NCBI GenBank assembly: GCA_038205745.1
Contig: JBBRBM010000004.1
Coordinates: 1,529 to 65,528 of the forward strand
DNA: 64,000 bases
Reading direction: 5' to 3'
Origin: Verrucomicrobiota bacterium
GTDB lineage: Bacteria > Verrucomicrobiota > Verrucomicrobiia > Limisphaerales > SIBH01
Part shown: positions 7,907 to 16,740 of the stretch, one piece after another
Position numbering within the stretch: position 1 is the stretch's first letter
Layout: each line of letters starts with the position of its first letter
The notes under the pieces: generated by a model
What the model was told of the DNA's origin: nothing
Databases searched by the model: none
The model's input: only the letters and a program-made list of their open reading frames with translations
Position numbers and translations under genes: made by a program

Positions 7907-9610
7907 TTAGTGCTGCGGGGCTCTGGGCCGCAGGCGCTTCGCGATCTCAGTGGCGCTGATGCCGTTGATTTCTTCGATCTGCTTCCACGACTTCACGAGG
8001 TCCGTGTGCAGCACGCGAACATCACACCAAAGCAATTTCACAGGCGCATTGCGGAGCGGAGACAGATCAGTGATGCGCGTGTTGTCGCAGTGCAATTCGG
8101 CGAGCGGCATGCCGGCCAGCGGCGTCACGTCGCGGACCTTCGTGTCGGCGATGTCGAGTTCGCTCAATGGCATCCCGCGCAGCGGTGCGAGATCATCCGC
8201 CTGGGTGCCAGCACAGTTGAGAACTTTCAGCGGAAGCATCGCGAGCGGCTTCAAGTCCCGGACCGGGTTCCAACTGCAATCGACTTCCTCCAATTCGCTC
8301 AACTCCTCGAGCGGCGACAAATCGGCGAGGTTGCCATGCCGTTTGGTGGCGGAGGCGCCAGCGCAACGGAACAGGCGCAAATGTGGCAACGCGGTGATCG
8401 GCCAGAGATTGGTCACGCCGAACGATGGAAACGAAAGCTCCGTGATGATTTCGCCTTCGAAGGTGAATTTCTCCTGGCCCGTGAAGGCGGGATTCAATTC
8501 GCGCATTTTCATCATCACTGCCTCGATGCGATCGAGCGGAGAAAGCTTGCGCACCATTTCGACAAAATCGCGGCGATCGCTCGGGTCTGCCAGCGTGATC
8601 AGGTTTGAGCGCGCTTCCGTCGGGCGTCCGCTGACTTTTGAATAAACGTAACTGCACGCGATGAGGATCAGTGCGATCGCCGCAATCACGTAAGCGAGAT
8701 GCGACCTTCCGCCGGAGCCGTGTTCCTCAGCCATCCGCCGACGCTGCCGCGCATCACTCGACTCCCACCGCTCGGCTTCGTCACGGGCGAGAAGAATTTG
8801 TGCGATCAACTCCGCGTAGCTTTGCGGTCGCGCATCGCGGTCTTTCATCAGCATGCGCGCCAGCAATGTCTGGATCGTGCCCGGGCAATCCGGCAGCAAC
8901 GTATGCAGCAATGCGGGTTCATCGTTCACGTGCTTCAGGATGACGCTTACAAAGTCGGGCCCCTCGAACACCATTCGCCCGGTCATCATGTAGTGCAGCG
9001 CACAGCCGAGGCTGTAAATGTCCGCGCGAAAATCAATGTCGCGATATCCATGCGCCTGCTCGGGGCTGATGAAATGCGGCGAACCCATCGTGTGTCCGGT
9101 CATCGTCATGCTCGTCACGCCTTCGCGCAAAATTTTCGCGAGACCGAAATCGCCGAGCTTCACCGTGCCATTCGTGGCGAGAAAAATGTTGTCTGGCTTC
9201 ACGTCGCGATGAATGAGCTGCGCAGTTTGCCAGGCGTAGTCGAGCGCAGTGGCGACGTGATAAGCGATGTCGAGCGCCTCAGTGATGGGAAGACGGCCGA
9301 AGCGTTTCAGCCGCTGTCCGATCGATTCGCCCTCCACATATTCCATGGCGATGAAGCGAATGCCGTCGTGTTCACCGGCAGCAAACACCTGGACAAGATT
9401 CGGATGATTCAGACTCGCGGCAGCGATGGCTTCGGTTTGGAAGCGCGCCGCCAACCCGGCGTCATCGGCGATGTGAAGCGGAAGAATCTTGAGGGCGACA
9501 ACGCGTTGCAGCGAAAGCTGGCGCGCCTGGTAAACGGCGCCCATGCCGCCGCGGCCGAGTTCGCCGAGGATCTCGTAATCTCCAAATTGCTGCCCCACCT
9601 TGAGCGCCAT
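7907..9610 (-). CDS. Ser/Thr protein kinase with a TM segment and C-terminal leucine-rich repeats
   Basis: Kinase motifs GRGGMGAVY, HRDVKPDNIF, DFGLAK, SPEQ. TM helix LAYVIAAIALILIACSYVY. C-terminal LRR-like units (LSPLEELSELEEVDCSWNPVRDLKPL...). Confidence 0.85.
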   Translation of the reverse strand: MALKVGQQFGDYEILGELGRGGMGAVYQARQLSLQRVVALKILPLHIADDAGLAARFQTEAIAAASLNHPNLVQVFAAGEHDGIRFIAMEYVEGESIGQRLKRFGRLPITEALDIAYHVATALDYAWQTAQLIHRDVKPDNIFLATNGTVKLGDFGLAKILREGVTSMTMTGHTMGSPHFISPEQAHGYRDIDFRADIYSLGCALHYMMTGRMVFEGPDFVSVILKHVNDEPALLHTLLPDCPGTIQTLLARMLMKDRDARPQSYAELIAQILLARDEAERWESSDARQRRRMAEEHGSGGRSHLAYVIAAIALILIACSYVYSKVSGRPTEARSNLITLADPSDRRDFVEMVRKLSPLDRIEAVMMKMRELNPAFTGQEKFTFEGEIITELSFPSFGVTNLWPITALPHLRLFRCAGASATKRHGNLADLSPLEELSELEEVDCSWNPVRDLKPLAMLPLKVLNCAGTQADDLAPLRGMPLSELDIADTKVRDVTPLAGMPLAELHCDNTRITDLSPLRNAPVKLLWCDVRVLHTDLVKSWKQIEEINGISATEIAKRLRPRAPQH

Positions 9611-9677
9611 CAGGAATTCCTCATCATCAATCCAACGAGTGGCATCACGACTTTATTCAGAGACTCTTGCAATAGAC

Positions 9678-9724
9678 TCACGCGCCCAGTGTGACAAAAA
9701 CACAGCGCGGTTGGTGCAAAAAGT
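9678..9724. repeat. 47-nt motif R-J copy 1
   Basis: TCACGCGCCCAGTGTGACAAAAACACAGCGCGGTTGGTGCAAAAAGTT. By hand alignment, 40 of 47 positions are identical to 12641..12687, in the same orientation. Confidence 0.7.
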
Positions 9725-9747
9725 TAGCGACGATCAGCGACACCGGC

Positions 9748-11718
9748 TCACGGCTGGCGCGAACGCGGGTTCTGCATGAAGTAGAAATGGCCATCCTCCG
9801 CGCCGCCCAGGAAATCAGGAACGCCATCGCCGTCGAAGTCAGCGACCGCGGGGCTTACGTCGTGGCCTTCGATGTTCTGCTGCGCCAGTGAACCGGCGCG
9901 CTTGAAATACCATTTGCCATCGCGCGCATCGACCTGTTCCAGAAGATCGGCATTCGCCGAATTGAGCAGGAGATCGAACCGGCCATCGCCATTCCAGTCC
10001 GTCACGCACAGCTTGCGACGACCACTGCCGCCGGCGCGCTTGGTCGTGAGTTGCAGCGGCGCACCAGCTTCGTCCACGAACGCGCGACGCGGAGGCAGCA
10101 ACACGAGTTTGCCGTCACGGCGCGCGCGTTCGAAGAACGCGAGATAACCTTCGGTGTCGAGCACCGCGATGTCAGGCAGTCCGTCGTGGTTGAAATCGTA
10201 AACGAGCGGAGTCGTGCGCCATTGCGTGAGGAGTTCATTGCCATGCGGCCTCGCCCAACCCCACGCCAGAGTTTGTGGCGCGCTCGTCCACGCGACTTCG
10301 ATCGGCTGCGGAGGCGCGAGCTTCGGATTACTTCGCGGCCCGAGATTCTTCAGCCACTCGAGGCGACCGAGGATGGAGTTGAACACGATGTCGGGCAAAC
10401 CGTCGCCGTCCCAGTCCGCGACGTTCACCGTGGTGTAACCCCACTTGGCTTCCGCCGGACCTTGAATACTACCGTTCGTTCCCGCCATGACGCGGAACGA
10501 TTTGCCATCCACTTCGAGCCGGCGCGGTGCAGCCCACTTGGTCACTGCGACTTTCGGCCCGCTGAGATTTTCGAAGAACTCCATGTAGCCCGCCGTGTTG
10601 CCGCTGATGATGTCGAGATCGCCATCGCCATCCCAATCGACTACGAAGGGAGTGGCGAGCGCGCCGCATTTCAATTCGTCGGCTTCCTGTTTGAAGTAGC
10701 GCGGCGAAAGAAACATTGGCGCGTGATCCGCATCGCGCGTTCCGGTGTTCTCGATCAACGCGACACGGCCGTCCTCATCACCGACGATCAAATCGAGATC
10801 GCCATCGCCGTCCCAATCGAACGCGACGGGCACGATCATCTCCAAATCCATTTTGATGAGCTGGCGATTCGGATCGCGGAGTCGTTTGCCCGCCGCGTAA
10901 CGAGGTTGCTTACGCGTCTCGATGTTTTCGAAGTAAGTGAAGCCATCAACGAACTCGCCTGTGATCAGGTCGAGATCACCATCGCCGTCGAAGTCAGCGA
11001 AGTTCGGCGATGGGCAACCGAACACGTCCAATGGCTTGGCGCCGGCTTGCACGAGGAACGGCTTGGCATATTTCGGTGCGGCAGTGGTGTTCGTGTTGCG
11101 CAGCACGTAGATCACTCCGTGCAACGGGCCGTTGGTCCAATGTCCCGTGGCATCGTATGCGTTGTCCCAGCCGTAGTCCGCCCAGTCTTCAATCGCAACC
11201 GTGAGGTCGAGCGCGCCGTCGCCGTCGTAATCCACGAAGCGCCATTGATTGTGACGCGTCTTGAAGACGCCGGGCTTCGCGCCGAACTCGATGGTGTGAA
11301 TTTGCTTCGTTGGTGGCGCCGCAAGTTTCACCGGTCGATCCAATCCGCTGCGCAAAAAATCCGGATACTCAGCTTCAGGTGTGAGCACGCGCAACTTGCC
11401 ATCAACGTAACTCGGCGTCGCGTAATGCAGTGCCTTCCCGAGCCGTCGCGCTGCTTTGAACACCGGCATCTTGTTCGTGCGTGTCGAACCGCTCGTGTTC
11501 TCGAAAAACCGCACACCGTTGTACGGCTTGTCCGGGCACGCGACGATCAGGTCGTTGTCGCCGTCGCCATCCGCGTCACACGGAACCGGCCACGCCCAGA
11601 GTCCGACGCCGAGATCCACGACGAGACCCGGGTTGTTGTAGTGAATGCGCGTGAGGATTTCGGCGGCAGAAACACCGAGCGTCAGCGCGCCAATCACGAG
11701 AACCAGAAAACGTTTCAT
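9748..11718 (-). CDS. secreted FG-GAP/VCBS repeat protein
   Basis: Signal peptide MKRFLVLVIGALTLGVSAAE. Repeated DxDGDGDLD calcium-binding-type motifs (DWDGDGDLDL, DFDGDGDLDL, DYDGDGALDL). Confidence 0.8.
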   Translation of the reverse strand: MKRFLVLVIGALTLGVSAAEILTRIHYNNPGLVVDLGVGLWAWPVPCDADGDGDNDLIVACPDKPYNGVRFFENTSGSTRTNKMPVFKAARRLGKALHYATPSYVDGKLRVLTPEAEYPDFLRSGLDRPVKLAAPPTKQIHTIEFGAKPGVFKTRHNQWRFVDYDGDGALDLTVAIEDWADYGWDNAYDATGHWTNGPLHGVIYVLRNTNTTAAPKYAKPFLVQAGAKPLDVFGCPSPNFADFDGDGDLDLITGEFVDGFTYFENIETRKQPRYAAGKRLRDPNRQLIKMDLEMIVPVAFDWDGDGDLDLIVGDEDGRVALIENTGTRDADHAPMFLSPRYFKQEADELKCGALATPFVVDWDGDGDLDIISGNTAGYMEFFENLSGPKVAVTKWAAPRRLEVDGKSFRVMAGTNGSIQGPAEAKWGYTTVNVADWDGDGLPDIVFNSILGRLEWLKNLGPRSNPKLAPPQPIEVAWTSAPQTLAWGWARPHGNELLTQWRTTPLVYDFNHDGLPDIAVLDTEGYLAFFERARRDGKLVLLPPRRAFVDEAGAPLQLTTKRAGGSGRRKLCVTDWNGDGRFDLLLNSANADLLEQVDARDGKWYFKRAGSLAQQNIEGHDVSPAVADFDGDGVPDFLGGAEDGHFYFMQNPRSRQP

Positions 11719-12644
11719 GAATGTTCCCCCATGAGACTTTGCAAACTCGGGAGTGCGCGCTCAATCGATTGCCGCTGCGGTCCAGCGAGGCGGCGGAACG
11801 GTTCCGTCATCGCATCATCACAAATGCCGAGCAGCGAGAGAGCGCATTTGATTCCTTCTGTTACGGCAGCCGCCGAGTTGCTGACGCGATACAACGCAGT
11901 CGTCACGCGCAGCACCTTCGCCTGCAACTCACGGGCACGTTCCATTTCACCAGCCAACGCGGCCTTTGCACACGCGACGTAGAGAGTTGGAAAAACATTC
12001 GCTCCGCCATTCACGCCACCGTGCCCACCGGCGACGATGCTTTCGGCGAGCAATTCGTCAGGACCGCAAAGGAGTGTCCAGTCGGAGCGCGTCTTCATCA
12101 GTTCGCGCACACTTCGGAAATAGTTCAGGTCACCGGAGCTGTCCTTGATTCCAACGATGCGGCGGTGATCCAGTGCGCGACGCAGCGTTTCAATCTCGAT
12201 GCGCGTCTTCGTGAGCGCGGGAAAGTTGTAGAGGAACAGTGGCACCGGTGATTCCGTCGCGAGCCGATCGTAGTACGTCTGCAACTCTGGTTGACCGAGC
12301 GGCAAGTAGTACGGCGGCGCAGCAACGATCGCATCGGCTTCGCATTCGGATGCGTGCTGCGCGATCGCCAGCGACTCGACGTACGCGGTGTCAGTGACAC
12401 ACACGAGCACCGGCACGCGGTGTTTCACTTGAGCACAGGTGCGCTGCACCAATTCTCGTCGCACGCGATAACTCAACAGCGGTCCCTCGCCCGTGGTGCC
12501 AAGAATGAAAAGGCCTGCCACGCCGCCGCAGAGCATGTGCTCGATCAGTCGCTCCAGACCGGGGGCATCAAGCGTGTCGCGATCATGCAACGGCGTGATC
12601 ATCGGTGGGATGACGCCACGCAGAGGCTGCTGAAAAAGAATCAC
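11715..12644 (-). CDS. dihydrodipicolinate synthase / N-acetylneuraminate lyase family protein
   Basis: GVIPPMITPL..D, GTTGEGPLLS, and the Schiff-base lysine context VGIKDSSGD. GTG start. 4-nt overlap with the downstream FG-GAP gene. Confidence 0.8.
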   Translation of the reverse strand: MILFQQPLRGVIPPMITPLHDRDTLDAPGLERLIEHMLCGGVAGLFILGTTGEGPLLSYRVRRELVQRTCAQVKHRVPVLVCVTDTAYVESLAIAQHASECEADAIVAAPPYYLPLGQPELQTYYDRLATESPVPLFLYNFPALTKTRIEIETLRRALDHRRIVGIKDSSGDLNYFRSVRELMKTRSDWTLLCGPDELLAESIVAGGHGGVNGGANVFPTLYVACAKAALAGEMERARELQAKVLRVTTALYRVSNSAAAVTEGIKCALSLLGICDDAMTEPFRRLAGPQRQSIERALPSLQSLMGEHS

Positions 12645-12687
12645 GCGCGAAGTGTGACAAAATCACCGCGCGCGTGGTGCAAAAAAT
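12641..12687. repeat. 47-nt motif R-J copy 2
   Basis: TCACGCGCGAAGTGTGACAAAATCACCGCGCGCGTGGTGCAAAAAATT. It abuts the GTG start of the DHDPS-family gene. Confidence 0.7.
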
Positions 12688-12692
12688 TCTGT

Positions 12693-13271
12693 TCAGGAAT
12701 TCGAGCCTGACGCCGGCGCGTCCGCCTCCTCCGAATCATCCTCGCTGGCGGAAGCTTCTGACGACGTGAGACTGCCACGACGTCCGAACTGGGTGCGATG
12801 CACCGAGCCGCTCGCCTCGAGCTCGACCTGTGCCTTGGCGGAGAAACGCGCCCAGGGCACCGCGGCGATACGTTCGGCTTCAATCTGTTCGCCCGAGATT
12901 TCGCACACGCCGTACGTGCCGTTGCGAATCCGCGCAAGCGCCTGCTCGATCTCGTAGAGCGAGTTCTGCTCGGAAGACATGAGGCTCAGTGCGAAATCGC
13001 GATCGAATTCATCCGTGCCCGCGTCCGCCATGTGCAGGCTGAACGCCGCCTGCTCTTCCTTCGCCATGTCCGCGTGATTGTCCTTGCTTCGCAAAATCTG
13101 CGCGCGCGCGGTGATCAAGGATTCGTAATGCGACTGCCACTTGGCCGGCACGCGGACGTTCCCGTTCGCCGCGGCGCCGTTGGTATTGCCGCCCCCCGCG
13201 CCGCCGAGAATTTGCGCCGCAGTCGCACGGGTGCGATTCGAGACGTCTTGTGAAATCTTTGCTTTCTCCAT
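12693..13271 (-). CDS. DksA/TraR-like protein with a degenerate zinc finger
   Basis: The segment IEQALARIRNGTYGVCEISGEQIEAERIAAVPWARFSAKAQVELE matches the DksA/TraR C-terminal layout. Only one of the four usual Cys residues is present. Confidence 0.55.
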   Translation of the reverse strand: MEKAKISQDVSNRTRATAAQILGGAGGGNTNGAAANGNVRVPAKWQSHYESLITARAQILRSKDNHADMAKEEQAAFSLHMADAGTDEFDRDFALSLMSSEQNSLYEIEQALARIRNGTYGVCEISGEQIEAERIAAVPWARFSAKAQVELEASGSVHRTQFGRRGSLTSSEASASEDDSEEADAPASGSNS

Positions 13272-13491
13272 ACTTCAAAAATCCAAATCAAAAAAAATGT
13301 GCCGTGCCTTGTCGGCCAGCGAGTGCGCCGCGTCAAGTTACTCGCTGGTTTATTTTCCGGTATCGGATCGCATCCCGGTTCTACGCAGCGTGAGCGCCAA
13401 GCAAACATCGGCAGAAGGTCGGCGCAACATGATGCAAAAATCGTCACGCTCCCCGGTGTGTGAAACCGGTGCCCGCCTGATGACGTGGAAA

Positions 13492-14442
13492 TCAACGTGA
13501 GTCGCGAAACCATCGCACAAATTTTTCGATGCCTTGCTCGATTTGCGTCGTGGGCGCATAGCCGAGCATGCGCTGCGCTTTGCTGATGTTTGCGTAAGTA
13601 ATCGGCACGTCGCCGGGCTGAAGAGCCTGTCGCTCGATCACCGCTTTCACTCCGAGTGCTTGCTGAAGCAACTCGATCAAACGCGACAGCGTGACAGTGT
13701 GCGACTCGCCGAGATTGAACACTTCGAAACCAAATTCGCGTTCGGTGCAGGCGAGCACGCCCAGAAGAATGTCGTCGATGTAAGTATAATCACGCGCGGT
13801 CGAGCCATCGCCGAACATCGGGATCGGTTTCCCCGCGCGCAACAGCCGCGCGAATTTGTGGATGGCCAGATCGGGACGTTGTCGCGCGCCGTAAACGGTG
13901 AAGAAGCGCAGCATCGCGATGTCCATGCCATAAACGTGGTGATACACGTGGCCGAGCGCTTCGCAGGCGAGCTTGCTCGCCGCGTACGGCGAGATGGCAC
14001 AGAAGATCGGATCGGATTCGGAAAACGGCACCTTCGAGTTCACACCATACACGGAAGACGATGATGCGATGGTGAGCTTGCGCACGCCGGTGAGGCGGGC
14101 CGCTTCGAGAATGTTCACCGTGCCCTCGACATTCACGCGCTGATACAACGCCGGCTCTTCCAGGCTCGGGCGCACGCCGGCGCGGGCCGCGAGGTGAATC
14201 ACCTGATCGAACTTCGTCGCGTTGAATACATGATCCACCGCTGCTCGATCCGTGATGTCGGCCTCGATGCATTGGAACTGCCCGCCGCGTGCGCGAATGC
14301 CTTCGAGGTTCTGGCGCTTCATGGCGGGATCGTAGAAGGGATTCAAGTCATCGACCGTCCACACGGCGTGCCCGCGTTCGAGCAACGCTTCGCACACGTG
14401 GGAGGCAATGAATCCCGCGCCGCCAGTGACCAAAAAATTCAT
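13492..14442 (-). CDS. NAD-dependent nucleotide-sugar epimerase/dehydratase (SDR family)
   Basis: Start moved to MNFLVTGGAGFIASHV. Catalytic YAASKLACE (YxxxK). Confidence 0.85.
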   Translation of the reverse strand: MNFLVTGGAGFIASHVCEALLERGHAVWTVDDLNPFYDPAMKRQNLEGIRARGGQFQCIEADITDRAAVDHVFNATKFDQVIHLAARAGVRPSLEEPALYQRVNVEGTVNILEAARLTGVRKLTIASSSSVYGVNSKVPFSESDPIFCAISPYAASKLACEALGHVYHHVYGMDIAMLRFFTVYGARQRPDLAIHKFARLLRAGKPIPMFGDGSTARDYTYIDDILLGVLACTEREFGFEVFNLGESHTVTLSRLIELLQQALGVKAVIERQALQPGDVPITYANISKAQRMLGYAPTTQIEQGIEKFVRWFRDSR

Positions 14443-14492
14443 GGGGCGCGAAGTTAACAACGCCGCGCGGTCAGGCAACCGGAAAGGAGAGA

Positions 14493-15404
14493 TTACTCGC
14501 GGACGATTTTGCGCGTGCGTTGATCCGGCGACGGCGGCATCGGCGGCGAAATCGTGGGACGCGTGCGGGCGACGATCTCGCGCCAAAGTCGGCGGTCCTT
14601 TTCATTCATCGCCTGCCAGCGAGTCGCGCTGCGCAGAAACTCCTGCTGATCTGCGGCGGAAAGTCCTTTGAACTTTTTCAAACCATCGACCGCCTCGCTG
14701 CGTTCTGTGGGTGTAAGATTGCCCAGACGCGCCAGATTGGTCGTGATCATCGCACGTTCCCTGCCTGAAAGGGCATTCAACGTTTCATCACGCTTGCGCG
14801 CATCGAGGCCGAAGTAACGCTCCACGTTCTGCACGGCGATCTCCCGTCGCTGTGCAGGCAAGGCGTTGAAATCAGCCATCCGCTTCTCCCAATCGGTGCG
14901 CTGCTGCGGTGACATGCTGCTGAGCAGCGCCGCGCTGTTGGTGCTGGTCTGTGCGTCGAGGAAGAACCGGGCCGCCAATTCATTCTTCAAAACATCCTGC
15001 GCCAGCGGGGGCGGAAGAATGGTCCAGGTGCGCAATCGATCTTCCACGATCTTGCGCTTGTCCGGTGGAAGCATCTGCACTTGCGCTGTTCGCAGAGGCT
15101 CAGGCGTGGACATGAGCGGCAGCATCAGCGAGCGCAACTCGAGCATTTGCAATCGCACCTCACGGTCCTCCACTGACAATGCGAGATACTCCTGAACCTT
15201 GGCGCGCAGAAACGGTTGCGTGCCCTTTGCCCGCGCTCCGATGAATTGTTCCCGCTCGGTCTCGTTCATCGCGAGCAACTTGCGGAATCCCTGCGCCGGA
15301 GTGTTTGTGATCGACGGCAACGGCGGCATCGCGGGTGCAGGAATCTGTGCGAGCGTCAGGCACACGCTGGCAAACAGGAACAAAGCAACGCGCACCGAAA
15401 TCAT
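14493..15404 (-). CDS. secreted helical-repeat protein (DUF3106-like), third gene of the ECF sigma operon
   Basis: Signal peptide MISVRVALFLFASVCLTLAQ. Repeated L(S/T)PxxR..W motifs. ATGA overlap with the upstream anti-sigma gene. Confidence 0.45.
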   Translation of the reverse strand: MISVRVALFLFASVCLTLAQIPAPAMPPLPSITNTPAQGFRKLLAMNETEREQFIGARAKGTQPFLRAKVQEYLALSVEDREVRLQMLELRSLMLPLMSTPEPLRTAQVQMLPPDKRKIVEDRLRTWTILPPPLAQDVLKNELAARFFLDAQTSTNSAALLSSMSPQQRTDWEKRMADFNALPAQRREIAVQNVERYFGLDARKRDETLNALSGRERAMITTNLARLGNLTPTERSEAVDGLKKFKGLSAADQQEFLRSATRWQAMNEKDRRLWREIVARTRPTISPPMPPSPDQRTRKIVRE

Positions 15405-15931
15405 TTCAGCACCTTCAGCAAATCGTCATCCGACACGGATGACACCTGGCGGAACTGGTTGATCGCCTCGAAGTCCTTGAACACTTCGGGCCCGGGCAGA
15501 GCCGCCATCTCCTGCGACAGGTTGCGAATCTCATGCACAAATTGCGCCTGTTCGATCTGGGTCCGGGCTCTTGTGCCTTGCTGCACGCGATACTGGTAGG
15601 TGCCGAATGCCACGACCAGCGCCAGCGCAAACACCCAGCTCAGGCGCGGCTGAACGCGACGCAGCCAGTCGCGCCAACTCGAACGAACTGCCGCGCGGAC
15701 AACCGCGCGCTCCTCAAGCTCGATCGCATCGAGCACTCGTGAAGTGAAGTTCGACGAGACCGGCACGTCCGGCAGGTGACGCAAGACGCGGCTCAGCGCC
15801 GCATCCGCTTCCCACTGTTCGCGCAACTCGGGATGGGCGGCGAGTGTTGCGTCGATGCGCGCGCGATCATCGTCGGTCAGCTCGCGCTTGAGACCGAGTC
15901 GGATCAGTTCGTCATGGATTGGGCTATTCAT
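15401..15931 (-). CDS. putative anti-sigma factor (single TM)
   Basis: Lies directly downstream of the ECF sigma gene. One TM helix (LSWVFALALVVAFGTY). Called from position and topology only. Confidence 0.45.
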   Translation of the reverse strand: MNSPIHDELIRLGLKRELTDDDRARIDATLAAHPELREQWEADAALSRVLRHLPDVPVSSNFTSRVLDAIELEERAVVRAAVRSSWRDWLRRVQPRLSWVFALALVVAFGTYQYRVQQGTRARTQIEQAQFVHEIRNLSQEMAALPGPEVFKDFEAINQFRQVSSVSDDDLLKVLK

Positions 15932-15974
15932 GAGACGCCTTCTGTAAAAAACCGTTTGTGATCGAAAGTTTCAT

Positions 15975-16589
15975 TTAATCCTCCCACACGCCGCTGCGAA
16001 GATACGGCTTCAGTTTGTCCTTCAAGGTTTCGCGCGCGCGATGGATCAGGGATTTGGTCGCCGACAGCGTGCAACCGATCACCTTGGCAATTTCCTCGTA
16101 GGACATTTCATCTTCGCGGCAGAGCATGAGGGCGGTTCGTTGCTTGTCCGGCAACGCGTTCACCGCCTCGTCGACCTTGTCCACGAGTTCGCCGTGCAGC
16201 AGCTCCTCAGTGGGTCCGGCGTTGCGATGATCCTCCACCTGGCGGACGGGTTGTTCTTCGTTGTCGGAGAAAGTTTCATCAAGCGATTCAGCGCGATGGC
16301 GCGAGCGTCGCCGAATTTCATTCAACGCCAGATTGCGCGCGATGGTGAACATCCAGGTGGAGAACTTCGCCGTGACTTCATAGCGATGCGCCGACTTGTA
16401 CGCCTGCACGAAAGCGTTCTGCGCCAGGTCTTCCGCTTCGGTCGGATCGTTGATCGTGCGCGCGATGAGATTGATGACGGGATGCTTGTAGCGCTCGACC
16501 AGTTCAGCGAAAGCCGCACGATCGCCGTCCTTCACGCGCAACATGAGGGCGGCGTCTGGATCAGCATTTGCGGACATGACGCGCAACAC
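15975..16589 (-). CDS. ECF-type RNA polymerase sigma-70 family factor
   Basis: Region 2 (DLAQNAFVQAYKSAHRY..FSTWMFTIARN) and region 4 HTH (SYEEIAKVIGCTLSATKSLIHRA). The start may instead be the ATG at 16577. Confidence 0.85.
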   Translation of the reverse strand: MLRVMSANADPDAALMLRVKDGDRAAFAELVERYKHPVINLIARTINDPTEAEDLAQNAFVQAYKSAHRYEVTAKFSTWMFTIARNLALNEIRRRSRHRAESLDETFSDNEEQPVRQVEDHRNAGPTEELLHGELVDKVDEAVNALPDKQRTALMLCREDEMSYEEIAKVIGCTLSATKSLIHRARETLKDKLKPYLRSGVWED

Positions 16590-16640
16590 TGATTCAAAAC
16601 CGCCGACGCCTCAAGGTTGCGCGCGTGGGCCGGCGGGGGA

Positions 16641-16733
16641 GTGAATCAGTAATCAGTAAACAGTAAATCAGTGAACAGCCCGCAGCCGCAGCTTCACTCA
16701 CTGTTTCACTGATTACTGACCTGCTGATTACTG
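16641..16733. repeat. palindromic repeat family R-E copy 1 (CAGTAATCAGTGAAACAG-type)
   Basis: GTGAATCAGTAATCAGTAAACAGTAAATCAGTGAACAG ... CTTCACTCACTGTTTCACTGATTACTGACCTGCTGATTACTG. A related copy lies at 43028. Confidence 0.75.
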
Positions 16734-16740
16734 TGATCTC

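Noticed and set aside
10051-11982. 643-aa plus-strand ORF. Similar long ORFs at 20260..21345, 24992..25996, 30314..31660, 35471..36538, 38709..39809, 44031..45155, 51718..53055 and 57088..58197 were treated the same way.
   Set aside because: Each lies antisense to a gene with clear domain signatures (FG-GAP protein, argH, lysA, mutL-adjacent kinase, HemN-like and others). Their translations are Arg/His/Ala-rich with no motifs. This is the usual shadow-ORF artefact of GC-rich DNA.
9678-12687. Interpretation of the two 47-nt R-J copies as integron attC sites or phage att sites.
   Set aside because: The ends do not fit the GTTRRRY/RYYYAAC core sites. No integrase is nearby. A weaker third copy sits in a similar position just 5' of another start codon, which favours a leader or regulatory motif. 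Kept as an open finding rather than a mobile-element call.
13272-13491. Hairpin CCAGCGAGT...ACTCGCTGG followed by TTTATTTT in the gap between the DksA-like and epimerase genes.
   Set aside because: The T-tract follows the hairpin on the plus strand, where there is no upstream gene. On the minus strand the T-run is about 20 nt away from the stem. Too ambiguous to call a terminator.
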